A DNA stretch of 64,000 nt from Gracilinanus agilis (GCF_016433145.1 NC_058130.1:202380740-202444739); one strand, 5' to 3'. Numbered from the stretch's first letter, positions 12,401 through 25,832 are shown. Translations and numbers: made by a program. The notes: generated by a model not told the origin, from the letters alone.

Positions 12401-13111
12401 AGAGGCACTGAAAGAATAAACTGGTTTCCCAGTGTAGCCAAATGCATGCCTTGTCCTCTGATCTGTTGGCTCCCTGGACCTAAGATCGGGAAATGTCCGT
12501 CCTGACCTGCTTGAGGCAGGGGGAGGGGAGAGGGTGTCAGGGAGGGACTTTAGTGGGTGGATGCTTGAGTCAAATAAGTCTGGTCATTAAGAAGATAAAA
12601 TGAGATAATAGCTGGGAGGAACTTCAGATAAAACAAGCTTAAAAAATTATTCCAGTGCCAGATATTTGTGGTTATGATTGTTCTCTGTGTGTATATATAC
12701 ACACAATTCCTTCATGTGGGGGAGGTGGTCAGGCTGTTGGTAATACTAGAATACTGTGGACCAGGCCACAGTGCTCCAAACTAGAGTCAGAGTAGATAAG
12801 AGGTTCTGGAAAGATTGAGGCAGAGGCCAAGGAAGGATGGAATCAGTCTTTTTCCCTTCCCACTGGGGCTGGTTCCCGATCTTAGTGATGATTTTCTCTG
12901 AGGCCCTTTTTCAGGAACTCAGCACTTATCCTGTAGCTATTTTGTTATGATCAGAAAGTTGCCTTGAATTCCTCTCCTTTGCTTCAGATCCCTCAAACTT
13001 CCAAGACTGTGAGATACACATGGCCAACCTCGCCTACATTCTACCCCAGTGTTGAGAGTGAATATTATTCTTTCAATCTAGATAGGCAAAGACAATTTAA
13101 AAAGCACTTAA

Positions 13112-13300
13112 GGGGCAGCTGGGTGTTCAGTGGATTGAGAGTCAGGCCTAGAGATGGGAAGTCCTAGGTTCAAATCCAGCCTCAGACACTTCCCAGCTGT
13201 GTGACCCTGGGCAAGTCACTTGACCCCCATTGCCCATCCTTACCACTCTTCCACCTAGGAGCCAATACACAGAAGTTAAGGGTTTAAAAACAAAACAAAA
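13112..13300 (+). mobile_element. Young SINE1_Mdo-like SINE
   Basis: ggggcagctggg..ggttcaaatcc (B box)..gttaagggtttaaaaa. Confidence 0.9.
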
Positions 13301-14140
13301 AGCACTTAAATGTTTGGCACAAAGGCAGTGACAATTTTAAAAACACTTCATTGCCTAGCATGAGCGTCCTTGTAGTAAAGCTGAGGATACAAAGACAAAT
13401 ATGAGACAATCTGTCTTCAAGGAGAATACATTTTACTGGAAGATTCAGCATTAGTACAAGGAAATACAAATATGCAAATATACACAAAAAGTTTTTAATA
13501 TATAATACATATTATATATATGAAAAGTAATTTCAGAAGGGAAACCTATGAACTGGAAGGGATCAGGGAAAGTCATGGGTATAAAAGCTGGGCAGTGCCC
13601 CACACTGTGGTAAAGATCAGCTTTTTCAGAGAAAGTGAACTTTTTTCCCTTCCTTCCCATAGCACCAGGACAACATGGCTTCCCACACATTTTGCCTGCA
13701 CTGCTCCCATCTTTTCCCCATTCAATTCCTTTACCCTTTCTCCTGGCTGATCTGAATTCTAATTTATCATTCAGAAACCAACTCAAATCCTGTATCTTCC
13801 TCCATGAAGCATCCTGCCACCCCCTTTGCTTATGTCTTCCTAGTCTGGAGAGTGGATGCTTTATCTGTCACATAGGATGTAACACTTATGAGCTGTGTGT
13901 GCCATACAGGGATATCTAAGCAACATCTAAAGTACTCTGCAGCAGTTCTTATACCACCCCTACCCAAAGGATAGTGTGCCTGTAATTTATCCAGTGAAAG
14001 AGAGCTTAATGTTTGAGTTGTCCACCAGGTGGCACTATATTCAAGCCACCAGCCAAAAGGTTGCCTTCAGAGCTATCATGCTTGCAGGCTGGAGCCATTG
14101 GCCTCAGATTAGCTGTCCCGGTTCTAAATTTAGGCTAGAT

Positions 14141-14356
14141 CAAAGGTACTTAACCTGAGTTGAGAGGGGTCCATGAATAGATGTGTGTATGTGTGTGGGG
14201 AGGTCAATAACATAGATGGGGGAAATTTTATTTTCAACTAAAATTGAGCATTTCCTTCAATTATTCAAAAATATTATTTTGAGGATAGGCGTATACATAG
14301 GTTTCACCAGGCTGCCAAAAGATTCCATGGTACAAATATGTTGTTAAGAACCTCTG
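14141..14356. mobile_element. hAT-Charlie-type MITE
   Basis: TIRs caaaggtacttaac / gttaagaacctctg; flanks ggctagat / aactagag share the CTAGA core. Related copies at about 8670-8995 and 23870-24250, each split by a SINE with TSD (e.g. cctatgtatct at 8750 and 8955). Confidence 0.6.
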
Positions 14357-14984
14357 AACTAGAGGTTATATTTTAAGCAATAAAATATTGCTTAAAAATG
14401 AGAAAAACTGTGGTGCTGTTCCAACTCCATCCACATCTGGCCTTTTCTTTCTCTTGAATGACCTTCCATAATCACTAGATGCAGGGGAGCAATACCTTGT
14501 AGTCAAATAGCTTATTAAACATAGGAAAATGATTTAAGTGTTTCCCATGTGAAGCCTACACCTCACTGTCTTCATAAACTTCTTAATATCTTCCCCAGGC
14601 TTTGGAGTATTTGGGAAACGGTCCTAGTATCATAATAGACTGTGGAGAGGAAATAAGGTGGGCAGGGGACAAAATGTACCCATAATCCCAGCTATAAACC
14701 TCAGAATTTGAACTAGTAAGACAAAGGAAGCTTTTTAAGAGAGGTTTTCTTGGCCCCTGGCTTAGGACTTCAGCAGAATTCACAATAACTGATAGTCACC
14801 AACTCTTGGAGGCCTCTTCTTGCTCTTTTTGAGGCCCTGGTTACTTCCACAGCTCTAACCTTTGAACTGACCCTGGATGCTGAAGATTGAGATTCTGGAC
14901 CTAAGTTGTCAGCCTTGGTCTGGTCTCAGCTCCCTTATTTTCATCTTTAGTGCTTGGGCTATATATAGTAAGTATTTTGGTCAG

Positions 14985-15605
14985 TCAGTTAATAACCATT
15001 TATTAAACCTTTACAATGGGCCAGACGCTGATCTGAGTGCTGGAGATACAAAGAAAGGCAAAAGATTGCCCCTGATCTCAAGGGGCTCATGTTCTAATAG
15101 ATGAGACAACATGCAAACAACTATGTACTAATAGGATATACAGGATAAATCAGAAATAATCAGTAAGAAGGTACTAAAATTAAGGAGAACTGGGAAGTGT
15201 TTCTTGCTGAAGGTGAGATTTTAGATGAGTCTTGAAGGAACCCAGGAAAACCAGGAGACAGAGATGGAGAGCTTTCCAGGCATAGGAAACAGCTAGAGGA
15301 AGTGCCCTAGAGTCAGGAGATGGAGTGTCTTACAAGGATATTATTATCACAGGATCACAGTATATGGAAGGGAGTAATGTATATAAAGATTGATTCTGAG
15401 ACAAAGTAAAGGTTCGTGTTTGTTTTCATTTTTTTTTTTAAGTTCAATTTCACAACTGGGTGGAAGATAGAGCAGAGTGGTAAGACAAGTGGCAAAAAGA
15501 CCAAGCAGGAGTCTTGTGGTGATGTGGACCTCACCAGAGTGGTGGCAGTGTCAGAAGAGAAAAGGGGGCATATGGGAGAGATGTAGGTAAAATTGACAAG
15601 ACTTG
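14985..15605 (-). mobile_element. L2 3' fragment (others about 3645-3800, 13320-13700, 17935-18190, 36590-36900, 43700-44250, 51290-51750, 54480-55330)
   Basis: catttattaa..ctggagatacaaag..ccctgatctcaaggggctca and related L2-tail sequence. Confidence 0.6.
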
Positions 15606-16777
15606 ACAACAGATTGGACTTAGTGAGGTGAGGGAGAGTGAGGAGTCAATAAGCTTCGTGTCCTCATTGGGACCTTTGTACATATTGGCCAAGATAAGGA
15701 AAGGTACCTTCAAGGCTCTACAAGGGGTCCAGCAGAAAAGTTTTGCCTTATCTAAAAGAAACATCTTAAAGATTCTAGCAAAAAGATTCCTAGGAGCTGT
15801 GAGTTAACCTCTTTGTTATATATGCTCTAAACCTGAGCCTTGAATCCCTCTAGACTCTGTAGGTATTTGTGGGAGAATGTGTTATAGACTTTTGGGAGAT
15901 TGTTTTGTAACAATTGTATCACCAAAGTAAATCCTTGTTTCTAAAACCTAATTAAGTCTGGGTAGTTAATTGATAACCAGTGATAATTATGGGGGAGCAC
16001 TGAACTACAGCTTTAGAAGGTCATCTTCCCCTCAGCCTTTCAGGGTTATCTCTAGAACCTTGAGGAGACCCAGTCTGCCAATTAAAGTAAAGGCTTCTGA
16101 GAATTTGCTACAAATATATATATACAATAAATATAAGGTAAAATTGTTTCAGGGAAGACTAGTATGAGCAGCTGGAGGCATCAGCAAAGGTTTCATGTAG
16201 AAGCCATCTCTAACAGGGTCAGCTAGGTGGTTCAGTGCATGGAGTGCCAGAGCAAGTGTCAGGAGTTCCTGGGTTCAAATTTGGCCTCAGATACTTCCTA
16301 GCTGTGTGACTCTGGGCAAATCACTCAGTCCTAACTGCCCAGATGTTACTCCTTTAATGCCTTGGAACCAATACTTGATATCTATTCTAAGACAGAAGGT
16401 AAAGGTTTAAAAGAAAAAAAGACAGCATCTCTAACAATAAATACTTCATATTCAAATAACACAGAACCCACAAAAAACAATAATAATACCATATATAGTA
16501 CTTAAAATTTTGTAAAACACTTAAGATATTTACAATTATTAATTTTATTATATATTATATTACTTATTCATTTTATTCTTAAACATTATCTCTTGATCTT
16601 CCTTACGAGGCAGGTATGGATATTATTGTTCCTATTTTATAGATGGATAAATGGTGGCCCAGAAAGATAAAATAATTTGCCTGAGGTCACAGAATGAGTT
16701 CTTGAAACTTAGCTTTCAATGGTATTTTTTTTCTACATTACACTGGCAAACAAATTTCAGAGCCACTTTCACTAAAT

Positions 16778-17000
16778 CAGTGATGGCGAACATTTTAGAA
16801 TCTGAGAGCCAAACTGCAACCTTAACACTGCATGTAAACCTCCCTGGCTTACCCCAGATAGGTGAGAGAGGAAGCACTCCCATTCCATAGGACTGCTGGG
16901 GCAGAGGGGTGGGTGATGTGAGAAATGTTCTCAGGTGCACATGGAGAGAGGGAGGGGAGCAGCCCTTTCCAGCACAAGTTCCACTGGTTCACCAACAGGG
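16778..17000. mobile_element. hAT-type MITE
   Basis: Imperfect 15-bp TIRs cagtgatggcgaaca / ggttcaccaacaggg; 8-bp TSD cactaaat (16770-16777) / cactaagc (17001-17008). Confidence 0.75.
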
Positions 17001-18399
17001 CACTAAGCCAACTCCTCAAGTCTACCTCAAGTCTCAGAGTCAGAAAGTTCATCCGTCTAATCTTCATCTATCCAATACATACTTCCTTTTATTATATGTC
17101 TGTGCCTGTCAACACCTTGATCAGCTCAAAGTAAAAGAAGGCTTAAGAGAGGACAATATAAAGTATTTTGGAAAATATGAGTTAGGGCTGAGAAATTAAA
17201 GACCTTGTTTGTTACAGAATGTGAAACCTCATAACAGAAATACTTTTTCAAGAAGAGAATTAGGCAAGCACAGAAAAATATCACAAAATGAAATTGACTA
17301 CCTCAACTAAAAGGAAGTGACTGGTTATATAAGACATAAATCTTTTCAGAAATGCCTCTACAGTCAGATCATGGGTTGGCTAGAGCAAAAGCAAACATTT
17401 CTGTCAAATTAGAAGGCTAACAAGAAGATAGTGTGTATAATTACATTGACTCTAACAACCTACTTAAATAAACCGTGGCACTGAAAAATGAAAAATGATA
17501 AAAGTATAGACATTGACTTTGATTAATACTTTTTCTTAGATGAGTTTTTTGGATGCAAAAGTTATTACTACATGGAAGCAGAAGGACCAAGGAAGTTTTA
17601 ACATCTAATGCTGAATCCTCTTGAAGTAGAGACAAAAGGCAACATAGGTTTATAATACAAGTTCCTTTGCTCAGAATTTCAGAAAAGCATGTCTATGAGG
17701 ATTAATCTTTCAAAAGACAGGGAACATCAGTGGAAGAGAAAATGAGCCTTCAGGGAAACGAGTAGGAGGAAGGAAAGGAAAATAAACCAATAGGAAAGAA
17801 AATCACATAAGATGAGAAGGCATAGAATTTAGATCTGTGCTAATGGAAGAAGAAAATAATGGATTTATCTAAGTATACAATTACATATATAAGAGATATG
17901 TTTATAAATGGAGTGATTTTTAGAGCTTACAAAGAGTTGGTCAATAAACATTTACTTAGTGCTTACTATATACCAAGTTCTATACTAATCCTTGGGGGGA
18001 TACAAAGGAAGACAAAAACATAGTCCCTGTCCACAGGGATGTAATTTTAATGGAAGGGGGATAACATGAAATTAATTTTGTATATAAAAAATATGTACAA
18101 TATATATGGTAGGAAATCTCAGAGGGAAGGCACTAGCAAGGGTAGAGAAACCTGGGAAAGTCTTCCTACAGAAGGTGGAGTTGAGCTAAAATTTTTTTAA
18201 ACTTGTATCTTCTGTCTTAGAATCAATATTAAATATCAATTCAAAGGCAGAAGAATAGTAAGGGCTAGGCAATTGGGGTTAAATGACTTGATCCTGGTCA
18301 CCTACCTAGGATGTGTCTGAGGCCAGATTTGAACTCTGGATTCCTATCTCCAGATCTGGCTTTGGCTGTCTCTCCAATGAGCCACCCAGCTGCTCCACT

Positions 18400-19190
18400 A
18401 AAACACTATTTATTAGAGAAATACAAATTAAAATGACTCTGAAATGCTACCTCACACCTACCAAATTGGCTAATAAGATAGAAAAGGAAAATCACAGATG
18501 TTAGAGGAGATATGGAAAAAAATGATACACTAATATATTGTTGGTGGAGTTGTGAACTAAGGCAACCATTCTAGAGAGCAATTTGGAACTATGCCTAAAG
18601 GGCTATAAAACTGTATGTGTACCCTTTGATCCAGCAATACCACTACTAGTTCTCAAAGAGATTAAGAAAAAAAAGAGACATATGTACAAAAATATTTACG
18701 GCAGCTCTTTTTGTAGTAGCAAAGACACTCGTCAGTTAAGGAAAGACTGTACAAGTTATGGCATATAGTTGCTATGGAATCCTATTGTGCTATAATGATA
18801 AAGGGGATAGTTTCAGAAAAAAATCTAGAAAGATTTATATGAACTGATGCAAATCGAATTGAGCAGGAGAAGCAGGAGAACATTGTACACAGTAACAGCA
18901 ATATTGTAACAATAATCAACTGTGAATGACAGCTATTCTCAGCAATACAATGATCTAAGACAATTCAGAAGGATTTATGATGAAAAAAGCTATCTACTTC
19001 CAGAAAAAGAACTGATGGAGTCTGAATACAGATTGAAACATACCTTTTTTTTTTTTGGTCTGTGTTTTCTTTTACAACATGACTAATATGGAAATGTTTT
19101 GCATGACTGCACTTGTATAATCTATGTCAAATTGCTTGACTTCTCAATAGCAGGGTGGAGAGATATTTTGGAACTCAACATTTTAAAAAG
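18400..19190 (+). mobile_element. Old L1 fragment (end of ORF2 plus 3' UTR)
   Basis: EIQIKMTLKCYLTPTKLA resembles the L1 ORF2 C-terminus; it is followed by typical gaactgatgca..gaacattgtacacagtaacagc 3' sequence. Confidence 0.75.
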
Positions 19191-19614
19191 CAAGTTGTCT
19201 GACTAAAAGATTTTCTGCTTTGGGGTTCTGAATAATTCTAGAGACTGTGACAATTGGGAGACAAATTCTTAGAAAGGTTCCTCTGGTCTTTGTCTGATCT
19301 TGCTTAGCTCCTGAGTCTTACTGGTGGTGGGAAGTCTACACCAGGCCTACAATGCTATGACTTTAATTTGCTGGTTTGCTAGTGAATTATAAGCCAACTG
19401 ATTTTGAACTGCAGTATAAACTCTTTGCCAGTAAGCATGTCATAGGTAATTCTAAGCTGAGCATTCCTGTGTTTTCTGCCTGAATCTTTGCTTCATCCTC
19501 ATCTTCAGACTTCCACAACAAATATTCTTCTCCTGATAGACAAGCTTTAGCTATACTTTTCCAATCATTTGGGGGGAAAATGTTATTAGAAAGGGTCTCC
19601 ACCAATTTCATTTT

Positions 19615-19880
19615 TTCCCTATTCTTTTTTTTATTGATTAAGAAAAATTTTCCATGGTTACATGAGTTTTATGTTCTTTCCCTCCCCTCCTCCAACCCCC
19701 TCCCATGGCCAACGAACAATTTCACTGAGTTTTACACATGTCATTGATCAAGACCTATTTCCATATTATTGATATTTGCATTAGGTGATGGTTTAGAGTC
19801 TACGTCCCCAATCATATCCCTATCGACCCATGTGATCAAGCAGTTGTTTTTCTTCTGTGTTTCTACTTCCATAGTTCTTT
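19615..19880 (-). mobile_element. 5'-truncated L1 3' end with TSD
   Basis: T-rich tail on the left, opossum-type L1 3' UTR sequence, flanked by ctccaccaatttcatttt at 19597 and 19881. Confidence 0.75.
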
Positions 19881-19898
19881 CTCCACCAATTTCATTTT

Positions 19899-20008
19899 TT
19901 TAACATTTATTAATATTCATTTTTATCATGGTTACATGATTCATGCTCCTCCTTTCCCCTTCAACCCCCCCCCCCCGCGCCCCCCCTACCCATGGCCGAT
20001 GCGCATTT
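19899..20008 (-). mobile_element. Second 5'-truncated L1 3' end at the same target
   Basis: Poly-T tail, ccatggccgatgcgcatttcc and a C-rich tract; flanked by ccaccaatttcatttt at 19883 and 20009. Confidence 0.7.
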
Positions 20009-20986
20009 CCACCAATTTCATTTTAACTGGGGCTATAGGACCATATTGAGAAGTGGCTTGCTTTAATCTTTAAAAAATTTTAATAACACAGGTTGAAGTA
20101 TGCGTATAAGATTTCCCCATGTGTCAGTCTGCTCTACTACTGGGAAGGTGATATCATTTGTATCCTGATTTTTCTCTATGGTTAGTTGTAATAGGGACAT
20201 CATAGGTATTTTATCAGGGGAAGGGGCAGCAGAAGGACAATTGGCTGCTTTTCCTAGTGATTCTACTTTCGGCTCTGAGGGAAGTGATTTTACCCTCCAT
20301 TGATTCTGTTTTTCTTGGAGGATTTCCCAGAAGTTTTCTGCAGAACCAGTTTCTTTGGGTGAGGTTGCTTTTCTCAGGAAAGGGGGTGGGGGGTGGGAAA
20401 TGGTGCAGTGTGACAATTTCTGGTTGTTTTGACTATGTTTTCTTGCTGGAGTTTTGGACAGAGGTCTACTTTCTGAAGTTTATGGTTGTTGTCTAATTTA
20501 TGGTTGGGATCTAAGCAGTCCCTCATCACTTTAATCCTCTCTCCCACTTCTTCCAAAGTTTCCATGACTTCTTTCCAAGCTTCTATGACATTATCAAGAA
20601 ATTTCTGTAATAGGGCATTGTTAACTTTTGTGCCTTTTGCTTGTAGCGTAGATTTCAATACCTGCCAGAACAATTCTCTTTCTTTTGACTGCAGACTTAC
20701 AGAGCCTTCTTTAGGGAATCACGGACAAACAGTTACTACGTGACCTAGAAATTTTTGCAACTGAGCTGTACTTATTTTTCCCTTGAGCCTGTATCATAGT
20801 TTTTAACCCTTGAATAAACATATCTCACTCTTTTGAGCTAGTTTGTCCCATAGTTTTACTCCTGGCTGTAACATCCTCTTCTTGATCCTTAAAATCCTTT
20901 CTGCCAAACAGAAAGAGAAGAGTTTTTCTCACCTGGAATTCTGCCAAAATGTGCTGATCTGCACTTATGTGACGTTGGGGGCCATA

Positions 20987-21542
20987 TGTATAGGACTAGC
21001 TCCACAAATAGCTTGTGGGTCCCCAAACGGGGATGAGAAAAATGGTTCTGGGATTATAAAAGGGCCAAACTGATAGAGAGACATGAAGACACTTCTCAAT
21101 AACCAGGGACAAAGTTTATTGATTTCAAGTAACTATAAATGGTTGGCTCAGGCAGAGCGATTACATCACTCACAATGTAAGTCAATGATTAACAATTGGA
21201 AACAATGGATTTAGATTTCTTAGGTGGCTTTGAACAGAGTTTCCTATAGGTGGTAATTTGACATGTCAATTCAACATGTCAATGACCCAGCTTTGTATAG
21301 AATACTGTATGTTCTTCTCACAGAACTTTTGCATCAGTAATTTTCTTGGAAGAACACACAATATTTGTTTTTCTCATGCTAGGGAACAGGCTTATGTGTC
21401 TGACTGTTTCTAAGCTTTGGCTACCTAGAGACCTTGTAAACTGGGGTTCACTCTCACTACTGGGGGCTATAAATGTTAGATATTCTTTTCCTAAATTTCC
21501 CTAAATAGTCTCTGGTCTTTCATGTCCTAAGAGTCTCAGACA
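20987..21542 (-). mobile_element. 5' LTR of a class II (betaretrovirus-like) ERV
   Basis: On the minus strand it begins TG.. near 21542, has AATAAA at 21115-21120, and ends ..TACA at 20987. Two bases (TA) then precede the PBS TGGCCCCCAACGT (20984-20972), which resembles the tRNA-Lys1,2 PBS TGGCGCCCAACGT. Confidence 0.65.
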
Positions 21543-22379
21543 CAAGAGTTGTAGTAATTCCCCATATTTCTATAATGCCTTTAGCATTGAAGAGTACTTT
21601 CAAATCCATTATCTCATTTGGCCCTTACAGCTCTCCTGTGAGTCACTTCTATCTTTTTTTGAGAGAGAAGAAAACAAGGCTTGGAGAGAAGAGGTAAGTG
21701 ACTTGCCTAAAGGCCTACTGGGAGATGGCAAGAAAGCCAAGACTTCAGCCCATATCTTCTGACTCCAAGCCTATCATCTTTTTCCTGTACTACCCCCCCT
21801 ATGATGTCCATTCTAACTAAGAAGTTGCAGCCGATATCTATGACTTTCTCACAAGAGATATCCGTAAAGGGATGCCACACTTCCTGTTCGTAAGTCCAGA
21901 CAAGCCAGTGAATGAGTCAGCATCAAATGAGAGTCTTAGGAGATTCATACCTCTTCCCTACAACTCTGTACTCCAACTTTATACCCATATGACTTCATGT
22001 AGCTATTATTCATGGCGAATTTTGGTTCCATTCAGACCCCTCAGTCCTTTTCTGAAGATTAAAGCAGTATAGTTCCCCAGCTTCTCTTATTTTTTTCTTG
22101 CCAAAGGGTATCATTCCCAACACCCTCACAAAAAGTTGATGGGAATGAGGAGAGAAAAAAAAATTTAATTAGATAGAGGAGAAATGACAAAAATCAAGAA
22201 TAGTTTGTAAGATGAGTGGACTCCTGAGTTTTTGTCCTTGAGTCTCAAGGGGGAGGAACTCAGGGCATTTGATCTCTAAGAGCCTCTGGCTCAATTCACT
22301 TTCTCCCTATCCTCTTCTCAAGGAGCAGGTATGAATTCTTTCTTCACCCCCTTCCTCTCCACCTCCCCACCCCTCAGAT

Positions 22380-22484
22380 AGGCACACCACTTCCTGCATA
22401 GCCTGACTAAAGCCACTGTCAACTTCCTCCCCTAGCAGAGGAAGTGGGGAACTGAACCAGGTGCAGTGAGAGGACAACAGGACC
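22380..22484 (+). promoter_or_regulatory. SEPTIN1 proximal promoter/5' UTR with PU.1/ETS-like sites
   Basis: CACTTCCTG near 22388 and GAGGAAGTGGGGAA at about 22438-22451, just upstream of the ATG exon; no CpG island. Confidence 0.45.
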
Positions 22485-24134
22485 ATGGTAAGCCCTTCTT
22501 GGGAAGTCTGGCATCTTTAGCATCCCTCCTGACACCTCACACACCTACTGCTATATTCCTTAAGTTGATCCTTAAGATGATATGACTGTACTGCCCAGTC
22601 CTCAGGCTCTAGCTTTCATCCACCTTCCCACTAGCTTTCTAACATCCCCCACCCATCCCTCTCCCCAGTAACCTCTTCTCTCTCTCGATGCTATGTGTGC
22701 TCTCCACCCCATCTTTCCTCTAACTTGCAGCCTCCTCACCCCCCACATCCTCTTTCCACAACAGGACAAAGAATATGTGGGCTTCGCAGCCCTGCCCAGT
22801 CAGCTTCACAGAAAGTCTGTGAAAAAAGGATTTGATTTCACCCTAATGGTGGCAGGTGAGAAGTCTGGGGTCTGAGAGTCAGGGTGGGAAACTTCTCTTT
22901 AGAAACACAAGGTCGGGCAGGCCTGGGGTAGGGAGACAGTCCTTTTTATTTTGTCCTTGATCCTGCCTGATTGATCCCATTAGGGGAGTCAGGCCTGGGA
23001 AAGTCAACACTTATCAACAGCCTCTTCCTTACTGATCTCTACAAGGACCGACTGATACCTGATGCCAATGGTGAGTAAAGGGCCTCTGGCTGGGTTATGA
23101 TGTTGTTCTCCCTCTCTGGCCTCCCAGTGTCCCTCAGACTGGTTCCTTTCTTGACATTTCAGCCTGTCTTATCAAGCTCTCCTTCTCTCTCATCGAGGTT
23201 GGTTGTCCTGTAATGGTCAACCTGGGGTGGGAGACAGACTGAGAAATCCAGTCTTACTTCAAGATGGGGACACCATCCATCCCTAGTTCCCCTCTCCCTT
23301 AGCCTTTCCCTTTCCCGTTCCCTTCAAGGGACATTCCACTCTCCTAAGTCTCTGTCCCTTTTCTCTCTTTGTTCTTTTCTGCTACCGTCTCTCTTCCTTC
23401 CTGGTACCTTCCCTCCCAAACGCATCCTCTTTTCCTTTCTGAGATCTTCCCTCTACCCCTGTCCTGCCCTGGTATAGCTCGCCAGAACCAGACCCTGACC
23501 ATTGAGCGCAGGGGTGTGGAGATTGAAGAGGGAGGAATCAAAGTGAAGCTCACCTTGGTGGACACCCCAGGTTTTGGCGATGCTGTGGACAATGGAGACT
23601 GGTGAGACTGGGGGACAGAGAACATGGGCCATAAGGAGAAGGCTCTGACCCATAGCAAATACCTTCAACATTGAAGATGATGAATTAATCCAATTAGATT
23701 GATTTGATTTGACAGCCTGGCCTTATACACAGGCTCTTAGAGAAGGGAAGGATTGGAAAGGAAGAGGATGCTGAAAGGGAGTGAGCTTTCAAATCCTTAG
23801 AACTGAAGTTGCTATCCACAGATCCTGACAGATTTCAGAGCATTAGTGAAATTTGAATGGCCTGGGTGGGTGGAGTTGCATTTTCATTTTAATATGATTA
23901 GCTTCCTTTGTAAGCTTATATGTTTTATTTTATGCATTTAAAAATATTATTCTAGGAGGCAGCTAGGTAGCTCAGTGGATTGAGAGTCAGGCCTAGAGAC
24001 AGGAGGTCCTAGGTTCAAATTCGGCCCCAGACACTTCCCAGCTTTGTGACCCTGGGCAAGTCACTTGACCCCCCCCTCCCCATTGCCCACCCTTGCCACT
24101 CTTCCACCTAGGAGCCAATACACAGAAGTTAAGG

Positions 24135-24171
<37 letters not shown>

Positions 24172-25792
24172 ACTATTCTGTGAAGAGATACATGGACTTT
24201 ACCAGAATGCCAAAGGTGTAAGAGACACGAAAAAACTTAAGAACCCTTGGCTCACAACTTGTCCATGAAGTTTTCCACAATCTCCTCAGACATACCTAAT
24301 GGGCATTCTTTTCAGATTTTTCATTATACATAGTAGATCTTATTTGCACTTATCACAATCTCTTTTGCAACTATTTGTATACATGATTTTATTCTCCAAC
24401 AGATATTTTTTTTAATCTAACTGTGAATCTTGCAAAGCACCTTGCATTTGTTTTTGTTATTGCACTTGTATTTGTTAAATATCTATGAGATTAAAAAAAA
24501 AAAAAGAGTCTTTGGCATAGGATAACCATGGGAAGGTATGGCAAGAAGGAGAATGAAGGGGAAGAACAATAGGAAAAGAAGTGGGGGAGTCACAGAGAGG
24601 GGAGCTTGGGTTCAGCTTTTCTTTCCGTGTCATTGTCTCCCTTGGGTTTTCCTGGTTTAGAATCCCCAAATGGAAGATAAGGGTTATCAACCAGGAGATG
24701 TTGGACATCTGATCTGGATACAATCTGGTTTGGGAATATGGGGATGGCAGGATAGGTGCCCCCATGTTCAACCATGGAAAGAAACCAATTTGACTCCTTT
24801 ATCAGGACCACCAAGGATTATATCCATTATTCTGGACCTTTTGGTATAGTGGGGTGGAAGGGATTAGTGAGCAAATCTAGAAATCTGAGGGGCTCAGAAT
24901 GAGCTCAGTTTCTTTGACCCATGCATATCCAGTATTGAAACTCTCCTGGAAGAAAGATCAAAGATAAATCCAATCTGTTTCAACCCCTATCTTGAGGGTC
25001 TTCTTCATATTCCCAAATCTCTCCAGTGACGGAGATTCTGGTAGTCTCCTATTCTAGGGTCAAAAGTGCTTCTTGTTCAGTTGTTTCTAGCTCTTTGTGA
25101 CCCCATTTGGGGTTTTTATGGCAAAGATACTGGAATGATTTGCCATTTCTTCTCTAGATCATTTTTTGCTGATGAGAAACTAAGGTCAGCAAGGTTAAGT
25201 GACTTGCCCAGGGTCACACAACTAGGAAATATCTGAGGTCATATTTGAACCCAGGACCTAGCTATAAATCCAATAAACCACCTACCTGCCCTCTTATCCA
25301 TTCACTTTCAACCCCGAAAGATTCCCTACTTTCCTTGCCCAGGGTCGAGCAGTTAGTAAGTGCGGACTGATTTGAACTCAGGAAGATGATGAGTCTTTCT
25401 GATTCCAGGCCTAGCACTCTGTCTACTATATCTCCTAGCCATTTGTGTCCAGCCCTCTATAATGGAGAACATTGAGGGACAGCTAGAGAAAGATGACTCA
25501 GTGGTTAAAGAACTAGGTCTGGAGATGGGAGATTCTGAGTTCAAATATGACCTCAGATATTTGCTAGCTGTATTACTCTGGGCAAGTCACTTAACACCAG
25601 TTGTGCTCTTCTTCTTTGAAATAGATACTTAGTACCAATTCTAAGATATGAGCTATAGGTTGAGGGAGAGAGACAGAGAGAGAGAGAGAGACAGAGACAG
25701 AGAGAGAGAGAGAGACAGAGAGAAGAGGGGAGAGAGAGACATTGAGATAGAGAGAGGAGGGGAGGGGGAGAGAGAGAGACATTGAGGTGGGG

Positions 25793-25832
<40 letters not shown>

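Larger units (their letters stand above)
19387..20709 (-). pseudogene. Decayed betaretrovirus-like gag (matrix plus capsid N-terminal domain), interrupted by two L1 fragments
   Basis: GSVSLQSKERELFWQVLKSTLQAKGTKVN..LQKFLD (MA-like); FPVVEQ..KFFKD-KQATSQYGPIAP; LVETLSNNIFPPNDWKSIAKACLSGEEYLLWKSE (resembles recalled MPMV CA IVESVADNWLTPTDW...LSGGDHLLWKSE). No start ATG, frameshifts present, no pol or env seen. Confidence 0.85.

Noticed and set aside
19195-19340. Possible 3' LTR of the provirus
   Set aside because: Only patchy similarity to 21390-21540 (ctagagac, ctctggtcttt, gagtct), no polypurine tract and no pol/env in between. More likely a separate related LTR fragment.
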